From IMG/VR virus record IMGVR_UViG_3300046170_000289: 64,000 nucleotides of DNA; one strand, written 5' to 3'. Below the pieces are notes generated by a model, which ran no database searches, was not told the DNA's origin, and was given only the letters and a program-made list of their open reading frames with translations. Made by a program: the position numbers and the translations under genes. Origin of the DNA: a virus. Shown piece by piece: positions 53,970 through 64,000 of this stretch. Within the stretch, counting starts at the first letter, position 1. The number at the start of each line of letters is the position of its first letter.

Positions 53970-55342
53970 ACTTTGAATCCGTCAAAACTTTTTTTAGTAT
54001 CGGTGAATGCATCCTCACTGATGTCACCAGCATCAATGATGTTGTCCTGGGCGGACTGGTCACAATCATACAGCCTCATCTTCGCCCTGTCAATACCTAC
54101 AACGAATCGCTTGAATACTGTGGGATCATTGTATCTATTTTTAAGTTGCTTGACCATGATCTGACCAAGTTGCTCCATCTCTTCTGTGGATATAAGCGCG
54201 ACCATAAGGTCAGCAGTAGCAGGCAGTCCAAAAGACTCACTGGTATCAGTAATATCCACATCAGAATTTCCATAGCCGCTTCGTGTAGTTTGGGTAGCAG
54301 AGACAATAGGGACATTCAACTTGCCAGCGAGTCCTCTAAGCTCCTCTGCGATAGACTTAACATATGTATAGGAGTTGACAATAGTCCCCTTGTATCGTGA
54401 GGATGCACAGATATTCAGGTAGTCAACGAATACAATGTCAGGATGGAAACCTTTCTTGAGTGACAATTCATTCAAGAGTGCCTCAAAGTGTCCCACATGT
54501 GCAGACGCTGTGGGATACTCTTTGATAACCAACCGACCTTGTGTCTTCTTCTTAAGAGAGTCTACCTTCTTGGTATACCTCTCTTTAGTAAGCATGGGAT
54601 CACTCAGTTGTTGGATCGGGATGTCCAGAAGGTTGGCGTCAATTCGCTCAGCAATCTTCTCCTCTGCCATCTCAAGTGTAATGTAGAGTACGTTCCTCCC
54701 CTGCAGGAGACTGGCACTAGCGCAGTGGCACATGAATAGAGACTTCCCGACGCCCGTACCAGCAAGTGCGATGTTGAGAGTCTTATTAGGCAGCCCACCT
54801 TTTGTAATTTTGTTAAAATAGTCGATGTCAAAGGGAATCTTCTCCTCTTTCCTGTGGTAAAAGTCGTAACGGTCTGATGCATCGGAGATGTAATCGTGAC
54901 CTACATGATCATCAAAACAGACGCCCAATGCCTCAGACATAATGCTGGGGATGGCGTCCTTTGTCCTAGTCTTATCTTGTCCATCAGCAATCTTAACCGA
55001 CTCCATGAGAGCGAGGTAGACTGCCCTTTCCTTACACCACTTCTCAGTGGTCTCCATCAACCATTCATCATTGTAAGTATCACGATCTAGGTTATCAAGG
55101 AAGGTTTCAATCTCCTTGTAAGTGTCTTCCGTGATGTCACGTCGCTGCTCAATCTCAATCTTTAGAGCGTTAGGCTCTGGATTGATATCATACTCACTGA
55201 TGTATTCCTGAATCGTCTGAAACAACAGACGGTTAGTAAACATATCGAAGTATTCATCCTTAATGAAAGGCAAAACCTTTCGACAGTAATCTTCCTCAAG
55301 GATAAGTTTACTGAGTGCAATCTCTTCGATCTTTAGGCTCAT
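53966..55342 (-). CDS. gp41: replicative DNA helicase gp41
   Basis: LAGTGVGKSL, YITLEMAEE, VDYLNIC, ATQTTRSG, SESFGLPATAD, QLKNRY. Confidence 0.97.
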   Translation of the reverse strand: MSLKIEEIALSKLILEEDYCRKVLPFIKDEYFDMFTNRLLFQTIQEYISEYDINPEPNALKIEIEQRRDITEDTYKEIETFLDNLDRDTYNDEWLMETTEKWCKERAVYLALMESVKIADGQDKTRTKDAIPSIMSEALGVCFDDHVGHDYISDASDRYDFYHRKEEKIPFDIDYFNKITKGGLPNKTLNIALAGTGVGKSLFMCHCASASLLQGRNVLYITLEMAEEKIAERIDANLLDIPIQQLSDPMLTKERYTKKVDSLKKKTQGRLVIKEYPTASAHVGHFEALLNELSLKKGFHPDIVFVDYLNICASSRYKGTIVNSYTYVKSIAEELRGLAGKLNVPIVSATQTTRSGYGNSDVDITDTSESFGLPATADLMVALISTEEMEQLGQIMVKQLKNRYNDPTVFKRFVVGIDRAKMRLYDCDQSAQDNIIDAGDISEDAFTDTKKSFDGFKV

Positions 55343-55899
55343 TGATAATGTAGATAGGTGGTCAATTCATACTTGTCATTACTGATAGGAGCGTTGTCCG
55401 AGTAAGGAAACGTCCACCCAGGTGGATATAATACCACATCACCTTGCTGTGGTTTAATTTTGAGTCCGACTTGAGGAAATTCCATTTCGCCTCCCTCCTC
55501 AACATCGTTAAGGAAGAATTTGTATGCTAGGAATCTCTTAGCAGAGTCAGCATCACCAACGTCGATATGTAAACCGAAGTTATCTCCAGTCTCGACATTG
55601 TATTTATTCAATTTGATCTGCTCCAGGTTATTCTTTGCTGCCCAGAATTTCTCGCAGTCCAATTCCTTCATGTATTCATGTGCAGACCACTGAATGATAG
55701 GCACAATCTGTTGTTGGATTGCATTCCACTCGTGATCTCCCTGGTCTGCCAGGTAAGAAACATTGATGATGTTATATTGAGGGATGCCATCATCCCATCT
55801 CATCATCTTGTCACAAGCGTCAGCCTTGATGACTGTGTGACGGCACACGTTTGGATCAAGCACCTTAGGATAGATTTTAATCCACTCCTTATGCTCCAT
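55339..55899 (-). CDS. 2OG-Fe(II) oxygenase-like protein (distal His absent)
   Basis: [31 protein letters not shown]. Confidence 0.8.
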   Translation of the reverse strand: MEHKEWIKIYPKVLDPNVCRHTVIKADACDKMMRWDDGIPQYNIINVSYLADQGDHEWNAIQQQIVPIIQWSAHEYMKELDCEKFWAAKNNLEQIKLNKYNVETGDNFGLHIDVGDADSAKRFLAYKFFLNDVEEGGEMEFPQVGLKIKPQQGDVVLYPPGWTFPYSDNAPISNDKYELTTYLHYQ

Positions 55900-56902
55900 A
55901 GGAAAACTCCTGCTCTGCTGCTTTGTCAAGTTTCATCATCACTTCGGGGGTGAAGTATTTTTCAGGGTCAGAAAGAATAGACTTAGGATAGACAGAAGAC
56001 TCACCAAACTTGATACGATTACCGACCCGTTGGAAGACTCCATACTTCTCACCCAACTCCAGTAGTCCGAAATAGCGGTCAAGTCCACGCTCGTCGTAAT
56101 AAAGTCTGGTTTCAACGTCGGCATTCTCCTTACTCAGACGCGACTTAGCAGTCTTTGCCTTGATAATGTTTCCAATGACTTCCTTACCATCCTTCTCCTT
56201 CTTCTTGCTGAGATAGATGATTGTAGATGCAGCATACTTGAGTCCACTGCCTCCACCCATTTCTTTTGTAGGGACATAAGATCCAATAACATCGTAAGTG
56301 TGGTTAGTAACGATCATAGGCACGTTTGCTTTGCCCAGTTTAAGGGTGAGCACACGGAAGATAGACTTAACTACCTGTGCCCGTGACATATCGCGGGTCT
56401 CTTTACCCGCCTCGGTGTCCTCAATCTCCTTAGAGGTCGAGAGCATACCCAGAGAGTCTAGCACAAACATCATGGGTTGGCGAGACTCTTCAGGCATCTG
56501 TAGATACTTATCAATGATCTTGATTGCCTGCTGCCTAAACTCCTGCACTGTTGTAACAGGGACAATAACCATACGCTTAGAGTCAATCTTGCGTGACTCA
56601 ATCATATTCTTACTGATAGCAGACTCAGATTCAAAATAGATTACACCTGCGTCAGGATCCATGTCAAGAAAATGCTTGACAATGCCAAGGCAATAGAAAG
56701 TCTTACCAGTTGAAGACTCGCCTGCCAGAGCTGTAATCTTATTGGACGGGATGCCACCATAGATCGATCCAGATACCAGTGCATTAAAAATATAACTGCC
56801 AGTATCAATGTAAGAGGTGGTATCACCTGCTGCAACTCCGTCTGAAACCAGACCAGCGTATTCATTATCGATCTCCTTTACGATATCGGAAAGAAAATTC
56901 AC
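55889..56902 (-). CDS. uvsX: RecA-like recombinase UvsX
   Basis: [32 protein letters not shown]; GTG start overlapping gp43 stop. Confidence 0.95.
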   Translation of the reverse strand: MNFLSDIVKEIDNEYAGLVSDGVAAGDTTSYIDTGSYIFNALVSGSIYGGIPSNKITALAGESSTGKTFYCLGIVKHFLDMDPDAGVIYFESESAISKNMIESRKIDSKRMVIVPVTTVQEFRQQAIKIIDKYLQMPEESRQPMMFVLDSLGMLSTSKEIEDTEAGKETRDMSRAQVVKSIFRVLTLKLGKANVPMIVTNHTYDVIGSYVPTKEMGGGSGLKYAASTIIYLSKKKEKDGKEVIGNIIKAKTAKSRLSKENADVETRLYYDERGLDRYFGLLELGEKYGVFQRVGNRIKFGESSVYPKSILSDPEKYFTPEVMMKLDKAAEQEFSYGA

Positions 56903-59406
56903 GACCACAATGCCTCCAGGGTGTTTACTTTTTCGGGTTTCCAACCAATGGTGTCTAAGATCACAGTCAAAGGGTCAAGAAACGACTTCTTAAACTGTAA
57001 GTCATAGTCTATGCTTTTGTCAAGTCCAAACTCGGTTGGAAGAGTCTGGAAGAATGAGATCACATTCTCGTTGATCTTGTTTGGTGTCCTCAGCATCACA
57101 TACTTGATCTTCTCACCCTCTTGGATGATGGGATACTTGTGTGCGAGTTTTCTCTTCTTGATGTAGAAGTTATACAGCAGTGCTCCTCGCACATGCATGG
57201 GACATCCCTTGCCATAGATGGTAGCAGGTGACGAATTCTTTGCCACGTTGTTACATCCACGGGGGAATGCGATCTCTTCTACAGGCATCGCTTCAAACTT
57301 CTTACGGAAGTCAGCGATAAACTTCTGCAACTCATCCTCTGTGCCATTCATGATGACCTTCAGAGCGTCCTTAATTGCAGTGCGACAGGGTGCAGGGGTG
57401 GAAGACTTAACTGCCTCAATGCCGTTGATCTTAAGTTTAGGTGTCTTGTATCGGACACCCTCAGAGTCAAACACATTGAGGATATATCTTTTCTTAGCAG
57501 TCCAGATGCCACGGTTAGCGATATTCTCTCGCTTCATAAACATCTTCTGGTCATATGCATTTACATAGGACGCCAACGCTTCATAAGAATTTCCAATATA
57601 CTTCTCAAATTCCACTTCACACACCTTGTTAAGGAACCCAACAATACTCTCATCGCTCGCCTCTCTGCCCTTGAATACCTCGTGTACAAAAGGACCCAGA
57701 TTGAGATAGATGGAATCAGTATCAGCAGCAATAACGTAGTCAACATCAGTAGTCCTCAATATTTTATTAAGGTAAGCATTCATTTTGTTTTGAATCCATC
57801 GGATGCTTACCTGTCCCGATAGAGTAATCGCTTCAGCGTTTGCCAAAGAGTAGTATCGGAAGTATTGGTTTCCGATGGCTCCATAGGCGGAGTTGAGTTG
57901 GATTTTTCTTGCCATTTGGATGTTGTTGAATTTGGACACATCCTTTTGTAATGCCAAGGTTTCTGCAGGTGTGGTGGCATCTTCGAGATTTTGCTTAGCG
58001 GCAAGCATTCTCTTCTTGTAAATGGTTCTTTCATCGTAGATTCTCTGCATCATTTGTGGAAGGAAACCAAGAATATCTTTACGATATTGAGCGCCATTGG
58101 CACACACACAACCTTCTCCCTCGAAGACTACTTCTTGATTAAGTATTCGATCAACTGTAACCGTTGGGTGTCGTTCATCCAGGAGCGTCTCGGGGGAGAT
58201 GTTATACTGCATAATAAGATGAGGATAGAGAGAGTTAAGGTCAAAAGAGACCACCCAATCATAGCTTCCTGGTATCGGTTCTTTAACATATGCCCCCGCA
58301 TACTTGTCATCCTTCTTAGTAGTTAGGCGAGGTGGCACCACAATGTTGCGTCCCTTAAGATCATTGTAGATCAGGGTATCCCACATGCGGACCTGAGAAT
58401 ATACATCCTCAAGGTTTACCTTAGCGTCATACGCCATGGTAACTGCCAACTCGATTAACTTCATCTTATCTTCCAACATGTCAACCAGATTCACGTCATG
58501 GATGTTGTATTCCACGAAGCGTTGCCAGTCTGACGTATAGAAATCCTTGAAGTTTTCAAACTCCGAGTGGTCCAACTTCTTATCACCCAACTCAACCATA
58601 GCGATATGGTCTAGGCGATAGGATTCCTGGTTAGTGTAAGTGAATTTCTTATAGAGATCTAGGTAATCAAGGATCGCTACACCAGTGATTTCATACGCTA
58701 TATTGGTGCGTCCCATCATCTTGATCTCTCTGTCAATGACCCTATTCCAGGGGGACAAAGACTTCTTCCACTTCTCACCTAGCACCCGCTCGATACGACG
58801 ACAGATGTAAGGGATGTCATACAGGTTGTTATTCCATCCAGTAATGATATCAGGGGTATTCTGATTCCACCATGAGTGAAAGTCCTGTAGCATCTCTTGC
58901 TCTGTCCAGAAGACTCGGTATTCAATACCCTCAGGAGGTACAAACTCTCTGGTCCCCCAGGTGATTGTCTCCTTGGTATTGAAATTCTTCATCGTAATAC
59001 AAAGCATCTCCTCAGCAGATGCTTCAACGTCTGGGAATCCATTCTCACAGGCAACCTCAATATCAATTGTCCAGATCTTCATCTTGGACATATCATAATC
59101 AATTTCACCCTTCCATTTTTGAGCGATGTGTTGGTAAACAAACCGCTCGTATCCATGGACTTCCAGACCCGATGCGCCCTCATACTGTTTGATAAACTCC
59201 CGTGCTTCACGAGCGCCATCAAACTGCTTAGGGAAAGCATAACGACCATCCAGTGTCTTAAACTTACTTGTCTTCTGTTGTGCGTTAGGCACTAGAAACA
59301 AAGTAGGGCGAGACTTCTCCCGATACTGCACGGGGTCTCCGTGCTCGTAACCTCGGATGAGAATGTCATCGCCCAGTAGACAGACACTTGTATAAAAATC
59401 ACTCAT
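56899..59406 (-). CDS. gp43: family B DNA polymerase gp43
   Basis: DIEV exo [28 protein letters not shown]; unsplit. Confidence 0.98.
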   Translation of the reverse strand: MSDFYTSVCLLGDDILIRGYEHGDPVQYREKSRPTLFLVPNAQQKTSKFKTLDGRYAFPKQFDGAREAREFIKQYEGASGLEVHGYERFVYQHIAQKWKGEIDYDMSKMKIWTIDIEVACENGFPDVEASAEEMLCITMKNFNTKETITWGTREFVPPEGIEYRVFWTEQEMLQDFHSWWNQNTPDIITGWNNNLYDIPYICRRIERVLGEKWKKSLSPWNRVIDREIKMMGRTNIAYEITGVAILDYLDLYKKFTYTNQESYRLDHIAMVELGDKKLDHSEFENFKDFYTSDWQRFVEYNIHDVNLVDMLEDKMKLIELAVTMAYDAKVNLEDVYSQVRMWDTLIYNDLKGRNIVVPPRLTTKKDDKYAGAYVKEPIPGSYDWVVSFDLNSLYPHLIMQYNISPETLLDERHPTVTVDRILNQEVVFEGEGCVCANGAQYRKDILGFLPQMMQRIYDERTIYKKRMLAAKQNLEDATTPAETLALQKDVSKFNNIQMARKIQLNSAYGAIGNQYFRYYSLANAEAITLSGQVSIRWIQNKMNAYLNKILRTTDVDYVIAADTDSIYLNLGPFVHEVFKGREASDESIVGFLNKVCEVEFEKYIGNSYEALASYVNAYDQKMFMKRENIANRGIWTAKKRYILNVFDSEGVRYKTPKLKINGIEAVKSSTPAPCRTAIKDALKVIMNGTEDELQKFIADFRKKFEAMPVEEIAFPRGCNNVAKNSSPATIYGKGCPMHVRGALLYNFYIKKRKLAHKYPIIQEGEKIKYVMLRTPNKINENVISFFQTLPTEFGLDKSIDYDLQFKKSFLDPLTVILDTIGWKPEKVNTLEALWS

Positions 59407-59644
59407 TAACTGCTTTCTGGTATGCTGCCAGCACTGCGGGTGCAGGATCCAGTATAGACATAATATCCGTAGATGTCAAGAAGAGGAATCGTTGGTCAGT
59501 GTGGAGAGGATACACTTGCACAGTGCCATCCGACTCAATCACATGTGAATCTTCCAGTAGGAGACTGGGTTCTTCATCCATCTCAGTCAGTTTACCAACT
59601 AGGTATGTGTTTGGATGATGTTTAAGAATTAAAACTTTGATCAT
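59399..59644 (-). CDS. hypothetical protein
   Basis: Coupled ORF upstream of gp43. Confidence 0.65.
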   Translation of the reverse strand: MIKVLILKHHPNTYLVGKLTEMDEEPSLLLEDSHVIESDGTVQVYPLHTDQRFLFLTSTDIMSILDPAPAVLAAYQKAVNE

Positions 59645-60033
59645 AGATCTCGTGCGGTGTCATCCTGCTCGTCAAAGTATACACTCATGCCAGCAGGTTT
59701 ATGGGATTTAAGTATGGCCTTGTAACTTTCGGTGACGTTTTCGTGGGGATCACCAAGACTCACAACTGACATTACAGATACGATGTTGTTACCCACAGTC
59801 AATGGAGACCATGGAAACAGTTTGATCTGCACGTCAGAGAGGTCCATCTCGTCAGGGACAGTTTCTTCTCCCTGAAATTCAAACATCTTGTCTGCTGGTT
59901 GCTCAATCACCACTGAGTATGGTTGAGTAAACTGATACGCGAGAGGCAGAGTGTGGTCTTCGGATGCCCTGACTTCTTTAACGTCAGCGATTACGTCCTC
60001 GCCGCTTTGCATTCTTGCGATTTTTACGCTCAT
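59641..60033 (-). CDS. conserved hypothetical protein (Sm-like fold)
   Basis: MSVKIARMQSGEDVIADVKE..FPWSPL. Confidence 0.7.
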   Translation of the reverse strand: MSVKIARMQSGEDVIADVKEVRASEDHTLPLAYQFTQPYSVVIEQPADKMFEFQGEETVPDEMDLSDVQIKLFPWSPLTVGNNIVSVMSVVSLGDPHENVTESYKAILKSHKPAGMSVYFDEQDDTARDL

Positions 60034-60226
60034 AATCTTTTTCCATTAGTTGTTCGTAAGTGCCTTGCACCATGTCTTGAAAGGCACGGCGAGCAGAGAT
60101 GTTTTTCTCCTCTGCAAGGACATGGACATACTGCATAAACGTTTCCATCTGATCAGGTGGCACGTCTAGAGTAAGTGTTTCGCTCTTCTCTGTGTATGCT
60201 GTACACAGGTTAACATACATATTCAT
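59984..60226 (-). CDS. hypothetical protein
   Basis: HVLAEEKNISARRAFQDMV; start placed at 60226. Confidence 0.5.
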   Translation of the reverse strand: MNMYVNLCTAYTEKSETLTLDVPPDQMETFMQYVHVLAEEKNISARRAFQDMVQGTYEQLMEKDYERKNRKNAKRRGRNR

Positions 60227-60243
60227 TAAAATCAACTCCAAAC

Positions 60244-60268
60244 AAAAAGAGACCCCGTGAGGTCTCTT
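60244..60268 (-). terminator. terminator after petF
   Basis: AGAGACC/GGTCTCT stem then TTTT. Confidence 0.65.
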
Positions 60269-60287
60269 TGGTTGTGTATTATATAGG

Positions 60288-60575
60288 TCAGTAAAGATAC
60301 TCTTCTTGCTCTGCAAGGATCACTACATCAGATGTAGGATATGAGACACAAGTAAGTAGGAATCCTGCTGCTAGTTGATCGTCATCAAGGAAGGATTGAT
60401 CCTCCTGATTCACTGTGCCTGACTCAATCTTACCTGCACAAGTGCTACATGCACCTGCTCTACAGGAGTATGGCATATCTGCTCCTGCTTCTTCTGCTGC
60501 GTCTAGAATATATGTGTCACCGTCACATTCAAAAGTTGTTTCGGTCCCGTCTGTTTGCTTGATAGTTACGTTCAT
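60288..60575 (-). CDS. petF: plant-type [2Fe-2S] ferredoxin
   Basis: [33 protein letters not shown]. Confidence 0.97.
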   Translation of the reverse strand: MNVTIKQTDGTETTFECDGDTYILDAAEEAGADMPYSCRAGACSTCAGKIESGTVNQEDQSFLDDDQLAAGFLLTCVSYPTSDVVILAEQEEYLY

Positions 60576-60604
60576 GTGTAGTAAGTCACTAACCCCAGTA
60601 TATA

Positions 60605-60820
60605 TCAATAATCCTCACTGTAACTTCTGCAGATCTTTTTGTTTTCATCTGAAGACCTACACCATTGCCTGACATATGAATCTGCATCCTGATCCATGGA
60701 GAAGTGGGCATGGTTGTGAAGGATCCCGATCATAATCAGGACCCCCACCATCATAAGATTAGCGTGTGTCGCTGGGTGCATCACTGCTGCTTTCAGGTAG
60801 TGCAGTATTTTGGATGTCAT
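60605..60820 (-). CDS. small membrane hypothetical protein
   Basis: [27 protein letters not shown]. Confidence 0.6.
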   Translation of the reverse strand: MTSKILHYLKAAVMHPATHANLMMVGVLIMIGILHNHAHFSMDQDADSYVRQWCRSSDENKKICRSYSEDY

Positions 60821-61247
60821 ATACCTTGAGTTTCTGGTGGTCAGGGATGATCTTCTGTAATTCTACCACGAGCATTCCATTTGTGAAGCTGACTGTGCCA
60901 ACTTCGACATCATCTGACAGGTTGAAACCTCTTGCGAAGGACCGAGATGCCACGCCCCTGTGGACATACTCCTCCTCGTTTGCCTTCGCCGCCCTTGACT
61001 TGACGATCAGGACATTGGTTTCTGTCGTTACCTCAATGTCTTCTGGTGACCATCCAGCTAGTGCTACTTCGATCCTCCACTTAATATTTGATTCCTTAAC
61101 AATATTGTAGGGAGGATACTGACCGCCTGGTGATCCTACTCCATAGGAATGTAAGCGGTAAAATAGGTCGTCAAAACCTACTGAAAATCTTTGTGACGCA
61201 TCAAAAATTGCGTCGATGTCTTTCGACGTGAACTTAGTAATGTCCAT
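60759..61247 (-). CDS. hsp20: small heat shock protein Hsp20
   Basis: YPPYNI..IEVALAGW..YVHRGVASRSF..FTNGML..IIPDHQK. Confidence 0.95.
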   Translation of the reverse strand: MDITKFTSKDIDAIFDASQRFSVGFDDLFYRLHSYGVGSPGGQYPPYNIVKESNIKWRIEVALAGWSPEDIEVTTETNVLIVKSRAAKANEEEYVHRGVASRSFARGFNLSDDVEVGTVSFTNGMLVVELQKIIPDHQKLKVYDIQNTALPESSSDAPSDTR

Positions 61248-61298
61248 AGCTCCTTATAAAGCGAGTGGTAATGTGTGGTCCCCGAAGGCAACCAAATT

Positions 61299-61306
61299 TA
61301 TTTATA
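61299..61306 (-). promoter_or_regulatory. T4-type late promoter for hsp20
   Basis: Exact TATAAATA. Confidence 0.7.
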
Positions 61307-61373
61307 AAATTAAGGCGTGTGGTTTACCGTAAACATATTCATCTTGCTAAATAGGCTTAGCACTATACAATCG

Positions 61374-61877
61374 ATGGAAATGAGAAAATCTCTGCTCCCT
61401 ATCGTTATGCTTTTGATGACAGCGGGTGCCGCCCAAGCAGGTGGTCTCGTTACTAAACATGCTTCCAGTGTGCAATTGAATGTTGATGCGGCAAGGTCTA
61501 CTGTCTCCAGAGTTGGTAATTCTTACGCAATTTCAGGTAGTGGAATTAATACTACCGACGGTACAACTGCTGGTACTGTCTCAGCAGGCACGATCACCTC
61601 AGGTGTGATGGCACCAGGCACTATTGCAGCGACACAGCACACAGACGGCAATGCATTCAGCTATAGCCAATCGTTTACTCAAGGTGATGCTATTTCAACA
61701 AGCGCACCGACTGTAGGCACTGTGGGTAACTTCTCTAGTCAGACTTCCTACACTGCTGGCTCGAAAGACAGCCTTGCAGGTACTGTCTTGACCAGTGGTG
61801 CTCTTACCGTGACAGCTGGTGGAGCTGGCACATCGGCAACGGGACAATTCGTTTCTGAGATTACTGTCATTGACTGA
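61374..61877 (+). CDS. exported S/T/G-rich beta protein
   Basis: Signal peptide MRKSLLPIVMLLMTAGAAQA; late-like CTAAATA upstream. Confidence 0.75.
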   Translation: MEMRKSLLPIVMLLMTAGAAQAGGLVTKHASSVQLNVDAARSTVSRVGNSYAISGSGINTTDGTTAGTVSAGTITSGVMAPGTIAATQHTDGNAFSYSQSFTQGDAISTSAPTVGTVGNFSSQTSYTAGSKDSLAGTVLTSGALTVTAGGAGTSATGQFVSEITVID

Positions 61878-61885
61878 GGTTAAGG

Positions 61886-62332
61886 ATGACCCATTCTGGA
61901 AAGACAATCTTATGGTCTGTGATGTGTGTGGTGGGTGCAAGTGCCATACTTGCTCCTGCCCAGGCGGTCCCCGTGGTCCCCAACTTCACCCAGGGCTCAA
62001 TGACGAGCCACACGGAGACGACCAGTAAGGTAACAGAAACCATAAACAGCATGGACTATAACACGGGGTATCAATACTCCGTGACTGGATCAGGAGTTAC
62101 CGCTTCAGGTAACCTAAATCCTGGCACAGGTACAAACAATGTAACTATTGATGGAGTGACTTCTTCATGGACAACGCCGACGAGCAAACCAGCGTTTACA
62201 CAAACGACACCAGGCGCAGCGTTTCAATTCACGGAAACTCTGAGCGGACCAGGGTTGACTCAGCAGACAATTATTCAAAGGGTGACAGAGGTCACCAGCG
62301 TAACCGATACTACAAGTATCTTTACCCAGTAA
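61886..62332 (+). CDS. exported S/T-rich beta protein
   Basis: Signal peptide ending PAQA, VPVVPNFTQG. Confidence 0.75.
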   Translation: MTHSGKTILWSVMCVVGASAILAPAQAVPVVPNFTQGSMTSHTETTSKVTETINSMDYNTGYQYSVTGSGVTASGNLNPGTGTNNVTIDGVTSSWTTPTSKPAFTQTTPGAAFQFTETLSGPGLTQQTIIQRVTEVTSVTDTTSIFTQ

Positions 62333-63165
62333 TAGCACTGTTTATAGCAGCACCAGTCAACGCCGAAACAGTTGGTGGTGTATCAGCAACAGCATCTCCA
62401 ATCGCGAATAGCTCTGGCTCAGTGACGAACCAAGCTATTCAGGTTTTGCAGGGTCCATATATTACTAACACCTATGGCAACGGTATTAGTTGTCAAGGAC
62501 CCACAATGAATTTCACTCCCTATGTGACAGGCAGTGCGTCAGCATCTAAACCATATGAGCCATACTATATGGATCCTGTGTATGACATGCGTGACCTTGA
62601 TGAGGACGGTTCTCTTGACAATCCAGGGGATATTCTCTACCACGTCCCTACTAGGACTGGACAGAAGGATAACTACAGTTTGGGTATAGGTTTCTCTGCC
62701 ACATGGTCTAGACCATTGGATAAGAAACTACAAGAGCAATGCAAAGAAGCAGCTGCTGCTAACATCAACATGATGAATCAGCTAACTGCTAATAAAAGAT
62801 TAGATTTTGAGATCGCGAGACTTAAAAATTGTGGTACTTTGTTGAAGGAAGGTATTCGCTTTGCACCTGGCACACAGTATGCTTCTATCTGTGCTGATGT
62901 CCAAGTGCAGAATGTGAATGTCTTAAAGAATCACACTCATACTATTCCTTCCCCTTCAGTTTCCGAATCGCGTGTGAGCGAATCCGCTGCTGATCTCGGC
63001 GGAACATTACAGATTCAATCGGAGACTTCTTCCCCCGTATCGCAGCAATCTTCTTCATTACCTTCTTCACAGTCGGCTTCACCACTTTCAGAATTAGATC
63101 GGCAAGCGGTTTTGAAAGCAGTGCAGCAGTCGTTGCAACGACAGCAATCGATGCAGTTGCCGTAA
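62167..63165 (+). CDS. exported protein, start uncertain
   Basis: Internal signal-like YPVIALFIAAPVNA-E; SATASPIANSSGSVTNQA..SCQGPT..RLDFEIARLKNC. Confidence 0.7.
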   Translation: MDNADEQTSVYTNDTRRSVSIHGNSERTRVDSADNYSKGDRGHQRNRYYKYLYPVIALFIAAPVNAETVGGVSATASPIANSSGSVTNQAIQVLQGPYITNTYGNGISCQGPTMNFTPYVTGSASASKPYEPYYMDPVYDMRDLDEDGSLDNPGDILYHVPTRTGQKDNYSLGIGFSATWSRPLDKKLQEQCKEAAAANINMMNQLTANKRLDFEIARLKNCGTLLKEGIRFAPGTQYASICADVQVQNVNVLKNHTHTIPSPSVSESRVSESAADLGGTLQIQSETSSPVSQQSSSLPSSQSASPLSELDRQAVLKAVQQSLQRQQSMQLP

Positions 63166-63724
63166 CAGCGCCAGCACTAGGGAGATTACCTATAACTTGA
63201 TCAGGAATGGATAGTTTATCTGTTATCTGTATACATTCCTTACCAACCAGTCGATACTCAGTGACCTTCTTGTCACCCTTGATGTGTCCGACTGGTTCTT
63301 TTAATGCTTGTGTCTCTGTAGGACAGTCCACCTTAGCGGTGCTTACACTCGTGTCCTTAGGGATCTCTGGTGTGTCAACCTCTGGTTGCTCAGGAGATTT
63401 TACTGGTGGGACTGGAGTGTCATACTCAAAGTCCATCTTATTTGTATCGTAGTCAAGAGGATTGAAGGACGGCATACCAGCATCGCAGTATGTTACCAGT
63501 CCATTCTCATCATCTACACCTACAGTATTAGAATTATTATTTGATTCGTGTGCCTCTACACATCCAGGCACGTCCACGATGGGCACACCCACCTGCTCTG
63601 TGATAGGGACACTAGGTGGGACTGCTGTTGGGGGATTTACAATCCAGTCACGGACCTCAGAAATACGAACATTCCCAATATCGATACTTCTAATACCGAT
63701 ATCAATATCAGGAATGTCAGGCAT
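62942..63724 (-). CDS. Pro-rich membrane protein
   Basis: VPGCVEAH..CDAGMPSF, C-terminal hydrophobic helix then basic tail. Confidence 0.7.
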   Translation of the reverse strand: MPDIPDIDIGIRSIDIGNVRISEVRDWIVNPPTAVPPSVPITEQVGVPIVDVPGCVEAHESNNNSNTVGVDDENGLVTYCDAGMPSFNPLDYDTNKMDFEYDTPVPPVKSPEQPEVDTPEIPKDTSVSTAKVDCPTETQALKEPVGHIKGDKKVTEYRLVGKECIQITDKLSIPDQVIGNLPSAGAVTATASIAVVATTAALLSKPLADLILKVVKPTVKKVMKKIAAIRGKKSPIESVMFRRDQQRIRSHAIRKLKGKE

Positions 63725-63962
63725 AAGTCACTACCAATACAACACGACGACCCTCTTCAGGCATAACATGACAGTGCGGTCCCTCAAATAGACACGCAGT
63801 ATCTTCTACTGGATCTGAATAATCATCTCCTGCAATGGTGGCACCACCAGCGTCAGTCAAATATATGATGACGTTTTTATGTGGGAAGGGATGATCTTCA
63901 TGCACCTCACTAATCTTAGGGTGGGATGGATGTGCATCAATAGCATTTGCATTCATCCTCAA
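63717..63962 (-). CDS. 2OG-Fe(II) oxygenase-like protein (may extend beyond window)
   Basis: HEDH..IIYLTDAGG..HCH..RRVVLV. Confidence 0.55.
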   Translation of the reverse strand: MRMNANAIDAHPSHPKISEVHEDHPFPHKNVIIYLTDAGGATIAGDDYSDPVEDTACLFEGPHCHVMPEEGRRVVLVVTYA

Positions 63963-64000
63963 GAGATAGTTGAATCCTATATCCTCATTGGATTGACAGA

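Noticed and set aside
53292-54164. 290-aa plus-strand ORF
   Set aside because: Antisense shadow of mazG and gp41
41654-59406. Inteins, introns or split genes in nrdB, nrdA, gp41 and gp43
   Set aside because: Lengths and motif spacing are normal; no intein or LAGLIDADG signatures seen

Overview
A 64-kb segment of a T4-like cyanomyovirus genome, almost entirely minus-strand. The host is probably marine Synechococcus, since psbA and psbD are both present and D1 has the long C-terminal extension. In window order it holds: the baseplate/tail module (gp5, gp27-like hub, two tape-measure-like paralogs, gp51/gp26, gp54, gp2, gp4, plus-strand gp48/gp53) with cpeT and cp12 inserted; gp32, gp33, exonuclease, phoH, thyX and glutaredoxin; a porin-like gene and a 1448-aa virion protein; a photosynthesis island (psbD, psbA, flavin halogenase, two hli, 2OG-Fe(II) oxygenases, tRNA-Arg); nrdB/nrdA and primase; candidate internal head proteins; mazG, gp41, uvsX, gp43, petF and hsp20; and a convergent cluster of exported proteins. 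No CRISPR array, intron, intein or IS was seen. Best leads: (1) a lambda G-T-like -1 frameshift (T TTT TTC) that would fuse gp26 to a gp51 frame lacking a suitable start, directly upstream of the tape-measure genes; (2) tandem glutamine-riboswitch-like aptamers upstream of a DUF4278 gene, the second enclosing a whole 55-codon ORF in its P2 loop; (3) a coupled pair of a ligase-fold (KxDG) protein and an HxGH nucleotidyltransferase with a T4-type capsid-targeting N-terminus; (4) gp4/gp48 divergent genes sharing one CATG start, each with its late promoter inside the other. Family names come from motif recognition only; no database search was run.
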